DNA of 64,000 nt from Gemmatimonadota bacterium (GCA_039586795.1 JBDHJS010000015.1:32001-96000); one strand, 5' to 3'. Shown: positions 19,336 through 29,648, counted from the first letter of the stretch. The notes: generated from the letters alone by a model not told the origin. Translations and numbers: made by a program.

Positions 19336-20241
19336 CTAATCAGAAACAAAAAGGAGAATATGAAACTGGTCGGCGACTTGGTAGCTGAGTGCCAGCTGGC
19401 CTTCTAGAAAGCCAAACCCGTGCACGTTTTGCAGCGCCTCCAAGAAGCGTGCTTCCAGGTTCATGTCTCCGTCTGGGCAGGCCATTCGAGTCGAGCCGAT
19501 GGGGCCGAACTTCAATACGCCGGGTGCGGATTCCGTCACCGGACCAAAGTAGCGGTTACAGCCAGCTGAGCCGGAAACCTGTCCGTCGGTGACCGCGAGC
19601 GAAACCCGGAGTTCGGGCGACACCGGCTCGCCGATCGCCAGATGGGTCAGGACCCACTCCTCCGCTTCCAGGTCAGAGACGGACAGCTCTCCTGTGAGCC
19701 GCGGCGGCAACTCTGCGAGCGCCGCGTTCTCAATGACCCATGTGCGCGTGGCCTTCTGCGTAGGGCAACATGCGGCGTCTTGCGGTCCGTGCTGTATCAC
19801 GTCGAGTTCGACTCCTGCGGCGGTCAGGCGCATCATTCGGACCTGAACGCGATCGCCTACCAGCGCCGTACCCAGATTCGCGACTTCGTCGCCTTCGTGA
19901 CCCACGACAGCGATATACAGATAGGAACCGGAGCCGCCCGAGCTCTCCGAGAGGAGGACGACTGCTTCTGGGGCGCCATCGCCGTCGAGGTCACCACTCA
20001 CCCACAGTCGCTCAAGGAGGACCACCGACGCGCGAGTGGCACCATCGGGCGCAAACGGCTCGCCTTCCCACCGGCCATGCTCGAGGGCGATCGGCTCTTC
20101 GTATATGCCCTCGTACGTCGTGTTCGCTGCATCTTCGAAGGCGATCGTGGTGGCGCTTCTGTCGCCGTCATGACCTCGCCCGCATGCCGCGAAAACCAGC
20201 GCGGGAGCAAGGGAAGCGATGCGCCAAGGGATGTCGGTCAT
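19336..20241 (-). CDS. META-domain lipoprotein
   Basis: FAAC lipobox, GDLDGDG..GGSG, ACCP, and META signature GSAGCNRYFG...STRMAC; start overlaps the upstream stop. Confidence 0.85.
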   Translation of the reverse strand: MTDIPWRIASLAPALVFAACGRGHDGDRSATTIAFEDAANTTYEGIYEEPIALEHGRWEGEPFAPDGATRASVVLLERLWVSGDLDGDGAPEAVVLLSESSGGSGSYLYIAVVGHEGDEVANLGTALVGDRVQVRMMRLTAAGVELDVIQHGPQDAACCPTQKATRTWVIENAALAELPPRLTGELSVSDLEAEEWVLTHLAIGEPVSPELRVSLAVTDGQVSGSAGCNRYFGPVTESAPGVLKFGPIGSTRMACPDGDMNLEARFLEALQNVHGFGFLEGQLALSYQVADQFHILLFVSD

Positions 20242-21428
20242 CAGTTTTGATTCACATGGCCTGGGGAAGCGATCTTGGCGAGGAAGAGGTCCGGCTCCTG
20301 GTGATCCTCGTTCCAGATTCCTCCTGTGAAGATGTAGGCGCCGTCTGAAGTCTCCTGGAGCATGACTCCTCGATCGGTGCCCGGGCTGCCAAAACTTTCG
20401 CTCCACAACTGGTCGCCGGATCCGCTGATCGCGGTCAACCTAACGCTCCAGTACTCGGCCGTTCCGCTCGCGTACCCGGCTATGGCAAAACCGCCCTCAG
20501 ATGTTGGAACGGCCATCATGGCCCGGTCATCCCCGGCATCGCCGATGAACTCCGTCCAAATAACTTCGCCATCACCATCGGTTCGCACGAGGTAGATGTC
20601 GTTGTTACCGGCGCCAAAGCTGTCGGTATACCCGACCAGCAAGAAACCACCGTTGGGCGCCGTGGCTACTCCGTGTCCGATGTCGTTGCCTTCGCCGCCG
20701 TACGTGCGAGCCCAAACGACATCGCCGACAGAATCGATGCGGACCAATGAGGCATCGAGGCCGCCGACCGTCTCGTTACTGGTGATCCCGGCGAACACCG
20801 AGCCACCATCAGCGGTTGGAACTGTGGCGAAGACGCGATCGACCCCGGGTCCGCCGAGCACCGTCGTCCATAGCGTGTCCCCAGCCGCATCGATGCGAAG
20901 GATGTAGATATCCCGTTCGCCAGCACCGTAACTGGTCGTCTGAGCCGTAACCACGAAGCCGCCATCGGCCGTGGAATGGAGGGCCCAGGCGAGCTCGTCA
21001 CCCAGGCCGCCATAAGTGCGTGTCCAGATCGGAGTGCCTTCGCTATCCGTCCGTGCCAGGTACACGTCGTCACCGCCGGCGCCGAAGCTGTTAGTGAAGC
21101 CGACGGTCATGAAACCGCCGTCGTCGGTGGGCAAGACATCCCATGCGAAGTCGTTTCCGGGTCCGCCGAGGGTTCGGGTCCACAGCGTGTCACCAGCCTT
21201 GTCCGTACGGATCAGCCACGCGTCTTCCTGGCCGGCGCCAAAACTGCTGGTGTAGCCGGCGATGATGTAGCCCCCGTCGGCCAGTTCGCGAACCGAGTTG
21301 CCGACTTCGATTCCCGGCCCTCCTAGTTTATGATGAAACGAGGACGGTGGGGCGTCACAACCGGCATAGGCGATCGCTACGACAAAGAGTGTGTAGCGTG
21401 GCAGAGATCTAGAAATCGTCATTATCAT
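20241..21428 (-). CDS. Beta-propeller repeat lipoprotein
   Basis: YAGC lipobox; about 7 repeats of W.RT.GG...D.....T.DGG....G.T.SFGAG..D..L.R.D..G. Confidence 0.82.
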   Translation of the reverse strand: MIMTISRSLPRYTLFVVAIAYAGCDAPPSSFHHKLGGPGIEVGNSVRELADGGYIIAGYTSSFGAGQEDAWLIRTDKAGDTLWTRTLGGPGNDFAWDVLPTDDGGFMTVGFTNSFGAGGDDVYLARTDSEGTPIWTRTYGGLGDELAWALHSTADGGFVVTAQTTSYGAGERDIYILRIDAAGDTLWTTVLGGPGVDRVFATVPTADGGSVFAGITSNETVGGLDASLVRIDSVGDVVWARTYGGEGNDIGHGVATAPNGGFLLVGYTDSFGAGNNDIYLVRTDGDGEVIWTEFIGDAGDDRAMMAVPTSEGGFAIAGYASGTAEYWSVRLTAISGSGDQLWSESFGSPGTDRGVMLQETSDGAYIFTGGIWNEDHQEPDLFLAKIASPGHVNQN

Positions 21429-21577
21429 CCTTCGTCGTCGGAGACTGATGGTAGGTGCAGGAAAGTTGGGCCGGCCGCAATGGGCGGGCAACCATCGCGG
21501 GCGTCGCGGCTGCCAACCCTATAGACGATGTAGCGGTCTAAGAATGCGAACTGACGCTTGAGGATCAAGGTGAACCG

Positions 21578-23212
21578 ATGAGAACTATAAGAGGCGTGTT
21601 GTGCGTGATTGCCATCACTGGTTTTGCGGGGCGATCGGAGGCGCAGGACACGCTGACTCACCAGCAGGCAGTCGATGATATCCGCTACATGCTGGGCTTG
21701 CTCGAGGAGACCCATCCCGATCCGTATTCGGCGTTCGGAGGGCGGGTGGGATTCAAGCGCGAGGCGCAGTCACTTCCCGAGCAGGTACCGCGGGAGGGTA
21801 TGACGCGGGCGCAGCTCTACTCCCTTCTTCGCACATTCTTCGGCAAGCTACGGGATGGTCACACCTATGTATCATCTCCGCCGAGCAGTGGGTCGCGGGT
21901 ACCGCTTCGGTACCTGCCTGTTCGCTTCGGCATCGCGACAGACGCTGTGTTCGTTCAGGGCACGACGGAAGGCTTCGAAGACTTGATCGGCTATCGTCTG
22001 GTGGCGGTGGAGAGCATTCCGATCGAACAGGCGGCTGCTCGAGCCGCAATGGTCAGACCGTCCGAGAACGAATTCGCGGCCCAGCGCTGGCTACTTGTGT
22101 ATCTCCGATCCAACAGGGGCGCTCGACGAGTGTTCCCGGACATTGAAGATGGCCTGGCGGTTCGGCTCGCCGCCCCAGACGGCCGAATCGTCGAGCGCCG
22201 GCTGCCGTACCAGCTGGAGCGGTCCGCCTACTACGATGGGCCATGGGTTGCCGAGCGCTGGGAGGATATCGAGGCGGCGCCGGGCCCGTTCTACTGGCAA
22301 CTGGTTGGCGAAACGAACGTCGGCTACCTGCGGATAAGCAGTATCGTAGGGCGCGAGGCGTACGAGGAGTTGCAGGCGGTTGGCCGACAGGATCTCCGTG
22401 ATCAAGTCGAGAATTACTACGCCAGATATCTCGGTGACTCAGTGCCAACCGCCATCGACGATGCGCTCGAGCGCATTCCATGCTTTACGCAAGGCATATT
22501 TGAGTTGTTGACGACGATGGAGGGTCGTGGCAGCGAGCACCTCATCGTCGACTTGCGCGGCAACGGCGGCGGATGGTCATCGCTCGTCGCGCCGTTCTTG
22601 CTGCTGGTGTACGGTGAAGAGTATTTCGAATACGACTACCCCAGCGAGTTCGTGACCCGGATTTCCCCGAGTTTCCTGTCGTTGAATGGCAAGTCGCTTG
22701 CCGAGTACAACGCAGAGCGCGGCACGAGCTACGAGCTCGGCGACCTCGTGTTCTCGGAAGAGAACAGCCTTGCTAGCCGGATGGACCGGACAGCCTATGC
22801 GAAGGAGCTCGAAGCACTGGGCTGTGGCTTGGCGGATCACTACAAGGAACTGGGCGGCGCGGCGTTGTATAACCCGCAGGTTGTAGTCCTGGTCGACCCC
22901 GCGACGTTCAGTGCGGCCTATCAGTTCATGTATCGAATGTGGCATCTGGGCGCCAAGCTGGTGGGCGTGCCGTCATCGCAAGCCGGCAACGCGTTCACAG
23001 ATGTCACGCCGTACAAGCTGCCCAACTCCGAGCTAGAGGGGTCGATCGCTCGCAGCGCGCAGATCTTCTTCCCGGGAGATGAGGAGCGGGGCAGGGTACT
23101 GTCGCCAGACTTCCCAATGGCTTGGAGTGACTTCGCTCGCTACGGCTTCGGCGAGCAGAGCGAGGTTCGCTACGCCCTGGCGTTGATCGCAGCGGGGTTG
23201 CTGCCGCACTGA
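21578..23212 (+). CDS. S41 family peptidase
   Basis: Signal peptide, HPDPY, DGHT, IVDLRGNGGG, TFSAA motifs. Confidence 0.88.
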   Translation: MRTIRGVLCVIAITGFAGRSEAQDTLTHQQAVDDIRYMLGLLEETHPDPYSAFGGRVGFKREAQSLPEQVPREGMTRAQLYSLLRTFFGKLRDGHTYVSSPPSSGSRVPLRYLPVRFGIATDAVFVQGTTEGFEDLIGYRLVAVESIPIEQAAARAAMVRPSENEFAAQRWLLVYLRSNRGARRVFPDIEDGLAVRLAAPDGRIVERRLPYQLERSAYYDGPWVAERWEDIEAAPGPFYWQLVGETNVGYLRISSIVGREAYEELQAVGRQDLRDQVENYYARYLGDSVPTAIDDALERIPCFTQGIFELLTTMEGRGSEHLIVDLRGNGGGWSSLVAPFLLLVYGEEYFEYDYPSEFVTRISPSFLSLNGKSLAEYNAERGTSYELGDLVFSEENSLASRMDRTAYAKELEALGCGLADHYKELGGAALYNPQVVVLVDPATFSAAYQFMYRMWHLGAKLVGVPSSQAGNAFTDVTPYKLPNSELEGSIARSAQIFFPGDEERGRVLSPDFPMAWSDFARYGFGEQSEVRYALALIAAGLLPH

Positions 23213-23368
23213 GAAGCCGCGCTTGTGGGTCCGGCAGGGGACTGGGTGCGGAACAAAAACTTGTCTAATCCGATAGTAAGAATAGCTTTTGATAAGGCTG
23301 GCGAATTGGTGTCGACCCACCTCGGCGCCCTAAGTGCCTAAAATAGAGTCACATACAAGGCTATTCGA

Positions 23369-24049
23369 GTGATCGAACGCAGAGAACACTGTCTCAAGCG
23401 CTTGCTTTCATGCCGTAGCTTGTCTTGTCTGGCGGCTGTGCTCATGTGTGCGGGCAGTTCGCTTGCGGAGGCTCAGGACGTCAGTCCGGGGAGCCTCGAC
23501 CTCTTTCGGGCGAGCGCTGCGTCAGGAGGAACCGCTAGCGGCGTGATGCGGTCGGGCCTGTTTGCGGTGCAGGGAAGCGGGCAGGCAAGTCGGAGTAGCA
23601 GCTGGCTCGAGACGACGGCGACGGATTTCGTAACCTCGCTGCTCGCCGTCAGCGATGTAGAGAGCTACGATGAGAATCCGGCTGGTGGCCTCAAGTTCGA
23701 GCACTACAACGCGGCTACGCAGCTGGAGTTGCCGATGTTGCGCGAGTCTCCGTTCCGCTTCTTCGCTGACTTCGGAGTTGGTGCTACCCGCATGCGCTCC
23801 AACGAGCCCGGTCAGCTGACGGGTCGAGACAGCTTTGTGTACGGCACGTATTTCTCTGGTGTGGGCGGCGTCACGGTGCGTTACCAACTTACAAGCGCGG
23901 TGGGTGCGTACGTTGGCGCCAGGTACTTCACATATGTGACAAACGCGGAAGACGCTGCGATCGGCCAGACCCCCAGCCCTGGCCGGCTGATGGAATCAAG
24001 CTCCTGGACCTTCCCCTTCACGTTGGGTTTCCGAATCCGCTTCAAATAG
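23369..24049 (+). CDS. Probable small outer-membrane beta-barrel protein
   Basis: Signal peptide, alternating amphipathic strands, C-terminal FTLGFRIRFK. Start uncertain. Confidence 0.65.
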   Translation: MIERREHCLKRLLSCRSLSCLAAVLMCAGSSLAEAQDVSPGSLDLFRASAASGGTASGVMRSGLFAVQGSGQASRSSSWLETTATDFVTSLLAVSDVESYDENPAGGLKFEHYNAATQLELPMLRESPFRFFADFGVGATRMRSNEPGQLTGRDSFVYGTYFSGVGGVTVRYQLTSAVGAYVGARYFTYVTNAEDAAIGQTPSPGRLMESSSWTFPFTLGFRIRFK

Positions 24050-24178
24050 ACCGACAGTAGCATTCTTGAATCCGTAGGCGGGCTCGATCATTCGAGAGAC
24101 TGCCCGCTTCTGGCACAGGTGCAATCCGAGTAGGCAGGGGAGTCAAGCCGCACTCTCACTTGATCCGAGCGAATCTTG

Positions 24179-24219
24179 TTGACAGGATGGCGGTCCCTAT
24201 TTATCTTAGAACTGAGATA
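24179..24219 (+). promoter_or_regulatory. Sigma70-type promoter with overlapping palindromic operator
   Basis: TTGACA (24179-84), 17 bp spacer, TATCTT (24202-07); IR TATCTTAG-AA-CTGAGATA (24202-24219). Confidence 0.7.
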
Positions 24220-24239
24220 TTTATCATTCAGGAGGGATC

Positions 24240-24689
24240 ATGGCCGCGCCTTCGGCTCTCAAGCTCTGGGTCGTGCTCGCCCGCGCCTACTCGTCGATTG
24301 AGGAGCGGGCGGCCGCCGATGTTCGGCGCCGCGGATTGACTCTGGCCGAGTTCGGTGTGCTGGAGGCGCTGCTGCACAAAGGGCCGCTGTTGCTGGGCGA
24401 TCTGCAACGCAAGATCCTGATCTCGAGCGGCGGTATCACCTACGTGGTCGATCGACTTCAGGAACGAGGGCTGGTAGAGCGTCAGCCACATGCCGAGGAC
24501 CGTCGGGCTTGCTTCGCTGCCCTGACCAAAGAGGGCGAGAAGCTGACGAAGAGGATCTTCAACGAACACGAGGCGTGTCTGGAGGAGGTTTTGTCGGGTC
24601 TCAACGTGGAACAACAGCAGCAGGCGACGGAGTTGTTGAAAGTACTCGGTCGAGCCGCGGCCGGGCTGGAGGTCGAAGCGACCTCATGA
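24240..24689 (+). CDS. MarR-family regulator, MhqR-like
   Basis: LKLWVVLARAY, EFGVLEALLHKG, KILISSGGITYVVDRL, EDRR. Confidence 0.9.
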   Translation: MAAPSALKLWVVLARAYSSIEERAAADVRRRGLTLAEFGVLEALLHKGPLLLGDLQRKILISSGGITYVVDRLQERGLVERQPHAEDRRACFAALTKEGEKLTKRIFNEHEACLEEVLSGLNVEQQQQATELLKVLGRAAAGLEVEATS

Positions 24690-24720
24690 TCGTGAACTCT
24701 GAGAAGCACGGAGGAATACA

Positions 24721-25575
24721 ATGAGCGGTTTGATTCTCGTGACGGGCGCGACGGGCCAGCAAGGCGGCGCGGTAGCGCGCGAGTTACTGGCTGCCGGCCA
24801 CAAGATTAGGGCGATGACTCGCAATCCAGACGGCGACAAGGCGAAGGAGCTTGCAGATCTTGGCGCTGAGATCGTAACTGGCGACTTGAACGATACCGAT
24901 TCGCTGGTTCGCTCGGTCGAAGGTGCATGGGGCGCATTTGCCCTGCAGAACACCTGGGAAGCGGGTGTGGAGGGCGAAGAAGAGCAGGGTAAGCGATTTG
25001 CAGGGGTCGCTCGGGAGCACGGCGTGGAGCATTTCGTCTACGCGTCAGTAGGTTCGGCCCATCGCGAGACGGGCATTCCGCACTTCGATAATAAGTGGCG
25101 GATCGAGGAGAAGGTGAGTAGCGTTGGCTTCCCATCCTACACTATCCTGCGGCCGGTATTCTTCATGGAGAACTGGTTGTCGCCGTGGTTCAAGCCGTAC
25201 ATCGATGAGGGGAATCTGGCCATCGGGATCAAGCCGGACACGAAGCTGCAGATGATCGCTGTGGATGACATAGGGAAGTACGGGCTGCTAGCGTTCGAAA
25301 AGAGTGTTGAGTTGAACGGCCAGGCGATTGACATCGCTGGCGACGAATTGACACCTGTGGAAGCGGCACAGATCGTCAGTGAGGTTGCTGGAAGGGACGT
25401 GAACCATTACCAGGTGCCGATCGAGCAGGTACGCGAATTCAGCGAGGACTTCGCGTTGATGCTCGAGTGGTTCGACGCCGTTGGGTACGATGCGGACATC
25501 GCGGGCAATGTAAAGAAGTACGGCATCGAGCCCACTTCGTTTCGGGATTGGGCAAATAGAGCCAGCTGGGGCTAG
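24721..25575 (+). CDS. NmrA/HSCARG-family NAD(P)-binding protein
   Basis: ILVTGATGQQGGAV, IPHFDNK, ILRPVFFMEN. Confidence 0.92.
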   Translation: MSGLILVTGATGQQGGAVARELLAAGHKIRAMTRNPDGDKAKELADLGAEIVTGDLNDTDSLVRSVEGAWGAFALQNTWEAGVEGEEEQGKRFAGVAREHGVEHFVYASVGSAHRETGIPHFDNKWRIEEKVSSVGFPSYTILRPVFFMENWLSPWFKPYIDEGNLAIGIKPDTKLQMIAVDDIGKYGLLAFEKSVELNGQAIDIAGDELTPVEAAQIVSEVAGRDVNHYQVPIEQVREFSEDFALMLEWFDAVGYDADIAGNVKKYGIEPTSFRDWANRASWG

Positions 25576-25596
25576 AGCGAGTCGTTCAACAAGGAG

Positions 25597-25666
25597 TACG
25601 AGATTCGGTGATTGCGGGCTGGGCTCCCCTTCGCTTCCAAAGCCTCAGCAACCCCCGAATCTCGTA
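25597..25666. terminator. Long hairpin between convergent genes
   Basis: TACGAGATTCGG (25597-608) / CCGAATCTCGTA (25655-666) perfect 12-bp IR. Confidence 0.5.
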
Positions 25667-25684
25667 GCTCCAGAATCTCGTCTA

Positions 25685-25897
25685 TCACTTCTCCAGATTT
25701 CGGAACGCCACGCAGCCGAAGATCGACCAGGCCCAAACACTGGTCATTGCCGCGGCGTCCATGATCAAGCTTCCGGTTCCAAGTAGCACATCATCCGTCA
25801 TGTTGACGACGGACCCTGCGCTGTTCGCGGCCCAGAGAGTTACTGACAAGAAGGCCCGCATCGCTTCCTGAACGAAATGCCCGATGATGTCCGCCAT
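25685..25897 (-). CDS. Small hydrophobic hypothetical protein (70 aa)
   Basis: AAGGAGAGG RBS before MADIIGHF; hydrophobic composition. Confidence 0.5.
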   Translation of the reverse strand: MADIIGHFVQEAMRAFLSVTLWAANSAGSVVNMTDDVLLGTGSLIMDAAAMTSVWAWSIFGCVAFRNLEK

Positions 25898-26152
25898 CGC
25901 GTTCCTCTCCTTCCTTCCGTGTCGGGCGCACTGGTTCTTCCCTGGCTCGCGCTCGCACGAGGACCAGGCCGGTCCACTGAAGCTGTCGGGGAACCGGCTA
26001 CTGAGACTTACGTCGACCAAGCGAGCAAGGTTGGTGCCGAATTTCGTGAACCGAGAGTCGAGATTCGGTCACGCTGTCAGTGATAGAGAAACCGATCGTG
26101 CGTGTCAGTTGGAGACAGATATGTGTTGAGGCGTGTCGCTCACTCGCTTACG

Positions 26153-27238
26153 TCATCGTCCGATCTGTATCGGTAATCGCCGAGCACCCCAGCGGCCGGG
26201 CGGTCCGTCGAAGACACCGGCGCACGTGGCACCGCATTTCGAACAGCGGCCGTCGTCGGTGAGACTGTAGTCCGTGAGTATGTACCAGTCGCGAGCTATC
26301 AGAGTAGCGCCACACTCATGGCAGAGCGTCGAGCCGCCAACGATGTCATGGACGTTGCCTGTGTAGACGTAGCGGAGACCATTGCGCACGGCGATATCGC
26401 GGGCGCGACTTAGCGTCTTCGGCGGCGTAGCCGGCACATCCATCATCTTCCAGTCGGGATGGAAGGCCGTGAAATGGAGCGGTATATCCGGGCCGAGCTG
26501 TTCGATGATCCACGAGCTGAGCTCATCGAGTTCGGCATCGGAGTCATTCCTCCCGGGGATGAGCAGTGTGGTGATCTCGAACCAGACGTCTGTCTCGTGC
26601 TTCAGGTAGACGAGGGTGTCGAGAACCGGCTGCATATGTCCTTTCGTGAGCTCCCAATAGAATTCTTCGGTGAACGCTTTGAGGTCCACGTTGGCGGCGT
26701 CCATATGTTCGTAGAACTCGTGCCGGGGCTCTTCACACACGTAGCCAGCCGTGACCGCCACTGTCTTGATCCCTCTTTCGCGGCAGGCCTGGGCCACGTC
26801 GATGGCGTACTCATGGAAGATGACCGGGTCGTTGTAAGTGAAGGCGACGCTACGACAGTCAAGGCGATGGGCCGCTTCCGCCAGTCCCTCCGGTGAAGCG
26901 GTATCGGCCAGCCGATCCATCTCGCGCGACTTGCTGATATCCCAATTCTGACAGAACTTGCACGCCAGGTTGCAGCCGGCGGTGCCAAAGGAAAGAACGG
27001 GTGTCCCCGGCAAGAAGTGGTTGAGCGGTTTCTTCTCGATGGGGTCGACGCAGAAGCCGCTGGACCGACCGTACGTCGTGAGCACGATGCCATCGTTCTG
27101 ACGCATGCGTACAAAGCATAGGCCCCGCTGGTCTTCGCGCAGCTTGCAGTAGCGGGGACACATGTCGCACTGAACGCGCCCGTCATCGAGCGCATGCCAG
27201 TACCTGGTCGGTACTATAGTTCCTGCTGCACCGGTCAT
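26153..27238 (-). CDS. amrS: AmmeMemoRadiSam system radical SAM enzyme
   Basis: N-terminal CDMCPRYC, DPIEKKPLNHF, radical SAM CNLACKFCQNW, C-terminal CxxC pairs. Confidence 0.92.
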   Translation of the reverse strand: MTGAAGTIVPTRYWHALDDGRVQCDMCPRYCKLREDQRGLCFVRMRQNDGIVLTTYGRSSGFCVDPIEKKPLNHFLPGTPVLSFGTAGCNLACKFCQNWDISKSREMDRLADTASPEGLAEAAHRLDCRSVAFTYNDPVIFHEYAIDVAQACRERGIKTVAVTAGYVCEEPRHEFYEHMDAANVDLKAFTEEFYWELTKGHMQPVLDTLVYLKHETDVWFEITTLLIPGRNDSDAELDELSSWIIEQLGPDIPLHFTAFHPDWKMMDVPATPPKTLSRARDIAVRNGLRYVYTGNVHDIVGGSTLCHECGATLIARDWYILTDYSLTDDGRCSKCGATCAGVFDGPPGRWGARRLPIQIGR

Positions 27239-27318
27239 GACTTCGTAGACCTCCGTCGTCTACGATAAGCCGAGGTCGAGAGTCGCGACAGCTCTTGTGT
27301 AGTCCCGTCGTGCTTGCC

Positions 27319-28401
27319 CTAAGCGGTCAGCGCTTCCTCGAGGCGTGCCAAATGATCGTCCGTAAGGCCGTGCATCTCGAACAGGGACACTCCTGCGGCT
27401 CCGGCATCGATCGCCACTTCTACGGCAGTGAACAGTTGGTCGGGGGTAAGGCTGGGGAGGTAAAGCCCGGCGTAGAGTGGAACTTCAGCCTCGAGGGAGG
27501 TGACGCCTTCGCGGACGGATGCTCCGATCCAGGCGATATCCTCTTCGTAGAACTCGTGGTAGAGCATCGGAAAGAGAGCGTCGATGGGCCACCAGTCCCA
27601 AGCCTGGCGAACCAGCCGGCGCGCCAGGTTCGGTGTGGGAAACACGGCCGCCGTGATCGGTTTGCCATGGGCATGGGCCGATTCGGTCAGACGGCGGACG
27701 AGTCCTGTCACACTTTCCCAGCGGAACCTGCGCCATTCCTCATCGGAGGGAGGGTCGGTGAGCTCCAAAGGGTCTGTTCCCGTCTGCTGGGCGAAGGCCT
27801 CACGGCAGACATCGCAATAACAGAAATCGAACTCGGCGTACTCTCGATCTTGCACGAGATCGTACTTGTCCCAGAGCCCCACCGGCAGGATGACATCGGA
27901 ATGGCGTATGTAGTCGAGGTGTACACCGTCCACGTTGGTGTCGGCCGCGATTTCTCCGACTGCGCGGCTAAGGTACTCGCGGACCGGCTCGCGTGTGGGA
28001 CAAAGCCAGCGGTAGTAGTCGACGTAAGGAGGGTGATCTAGCGTCGAGTCTCCGTTGCGGCTGACGGTGAACCACTCGGGATGGTTTTGCCTGGCCCACT
28101 CATCGCCACTTCGGTTGAGTATCCACGCCCAGCGATGGAACTCGAGCCCCTCGGCGTGAGCCGCCTGCGACAGCCGCTCCGTGTCGCCACCACCCGTCAG
28201 GACGGCATCGAGCCCTGCTGTACGGAGTTTGGAGAAGTAGGCGCGCCATTCGTCATCGCTATGCTTGCGTCCACCGTGAACCCACGTCCAATTCTTGGTC
28301 CGCGGTTGATCCGAGCGGCAAGCCTCAGTACCAAGCACGGAGAGCGTGCCCAAACCGATGGCCGCCTTGCCAGTCCGCTCAACGAACGTTCTGCGCTTCA
28401 A
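27319..28401 (-). CDS. Tat-exported glycoside hydrolase-like protein (GHL10/DUF187 type)
   Basis: KRRTFV Tat motif, WLCP, DGVHLDYIR, FCYC, PMLY. Confidence 0.82.
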   Translation of the reverse strand: MKRRTFVERTGKAAIGLGTLSVLGTEACRSDQPRTKNWTWVHGGRKHSDDEWRAYFSKLRTAGLDAVLTGGGDTERLSQAAHAEGLEFHRWAWILNRSGDEWARQNHPEWFTVSRNGDSTLDHPPYVDYYRWLCPTREPVREYLSRAVGEIAADTNVDGVHLDYIRHSDVILPVGLWDKYDLVQDREYAEFDFCYCDVCREAFAQQTGTDPLELTDPPSDEEWRRFRWESVTGLVRRLTESAHAHGKPITAAVFPTPNLARRLVRQAWDWWPIDALFPMLYHEFYEEDIAWIGASVREGVTSLEAEVPLYAGLYLPSLTPDQLFTAVEVAIDAGAAGVSLFEMHGLTDDHLARLEEALTA

Positions 28402-28404
28402 CCT

Positions 28405-29517
28405 TCATCCTCCGGATTGGTCTTTCCAGATTCTGCCATCGTGCCGGATATTCCACACGGTTCCCCCCGACCCTGGTGCCGTCGCTTGATAGCCTTCGTC
28501 GGTGATCACCAACGCGGGCCGGAGTTCTGTTCCGTCGTCCAATATGACTCGATAGTTCAATGCGGCCAGATCGGTGGCGTAGCCTCCGGATGTGCGGCGG
28601 AACTCGCGTTGAGCGTAGTAGAGATACCTGAGGGCCCAGCGGATGTCTTCGTCGATCAGAGGCGCGGCCGGAACCGGGCCATCGCCAACCGTCGTTTCAC
28701 TGAACTGCACGACTCCCCAACGTTCTGGCATGTGCATATTGATCGCACCCTGAGGTGACCACACCCAGTTGTGCTCCGGGTAAGGCTTGCCGGTTGCGGG
28801 GTCTGTCTCTTTCCGATAATGACCGTCGACGACTTCCAGTCTCCACTGGACGCGAGAGAAGTTGAGTCGCCAGAGATCGGCGTCGCCGGGGGCGCTGCGC
28901 TCCGGCGCGAACTCGATGAGCTCGCTCCATGGAATGGCGAGCTCGATAGTCCATCCGCGATCAGTATCCGAAGGATGGTTGAGCGTGCCATCGACGGATA
29001 CAGATGCGAGAAGTCCGTCAATATCCCAGGCGGACACGGCGGGCCCGCCGTCCCGGTACGGCTTCAGAAGTATCAGATCCCAGACGGTCCCGAGCGCATT
29101 GATCTCGACCTCGACGTAGTTGTGCGTATCGCCATCTGGGTCGATGAAGACCTCGAAGTCGTTATCTCTGTAGATGACAGCATCGCGCTCCGTTAGCGTC
29201 GCCCACGTTTCCGGCTCCTCAAGCTCCGCCGCGACGTACAGGTAGTCATCATCCCAAAGCAGCTTGAATCGTGTCCGTAGGCTGGGCGGGGGGCGGGATT
29301 CGCCCTCGATGTCAACAAATGGTTCGCTCCAATCCGCGGCGTGCCAGTAGGGCTCGTCCAGCCTGCCGTCTATCCTAAGAGCGTTCGGGGTCCTGTAGCT
29401 GATGTAGCGCCGCAGCGTAGGCCGCTGCTCTTGCGCGAACGCTAGCCGCGGTAAGCATAGCAGCATCATCGCCGTCAGGGTGACGAGGTGCCGGGTATTT
29501 CGGACGACCCGCAACAT
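28405..29517 (-). CDS. Carbohydrate-binding family 9-like secreted protein
   Basis: IDGRLDE..W, LWDDDYLY, DNDFEVFIDPDGD, WTIELAIPW, WVWSPQG..NMH.PE.WG. Confidence 0.88.
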   Translation of the reverse strand: MLRVVRNTRHLVTLTAMMLLCLPRLAFAQEQRPTLRRYISYRTPNALRIDGRLDEPYWHAADWSEPFVDIEGESRPPPSLRTRFKLLWDDDYLYVAAELEEPETWATLTERDAVIYRDNDFEVFIDPDGDTHNYVEVEINALGTVWDLILLKPYRDGGPAVSAWDIDGLLASVSVDGTLNHPSDTDRGWTIELAIPWSELIEFAPERSAPGDADLWRLNFSRVQWRLEVVDGHYRKETDPATGKPYPEHNWVWSPQGAINMHMPERWGVVQFSETTVGDGPVPAAPLIDEDIRWALRYLYYAQREFRRTSGGYATDLAALNYRVILDDGTELRPALVITDEGYQATAPGSGGTVWNIRHDGRIWKDQSGG

Positions 29518-29619
29518 GGAGCGCTATTATATGTGCGCCCCGGCGGTAGGGCGAGCGCGAGGCTTGGGCCGTGCTGGCTGTCAGGGGGTGGAAGAAGCTG
29601 ATTTGCGGACTAAGTTTAC

Positions 29620-29648
29620 TGGACACGCGTAGACGGAAGTGTTATGCT
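29620..29648 (+). promoter_or_regulatory. Sigma70-type promoter upstream of rpsU
   Basis: TGGACA, 17 bp spacer, TATGCT with extended TG. Confidence 0.55.
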
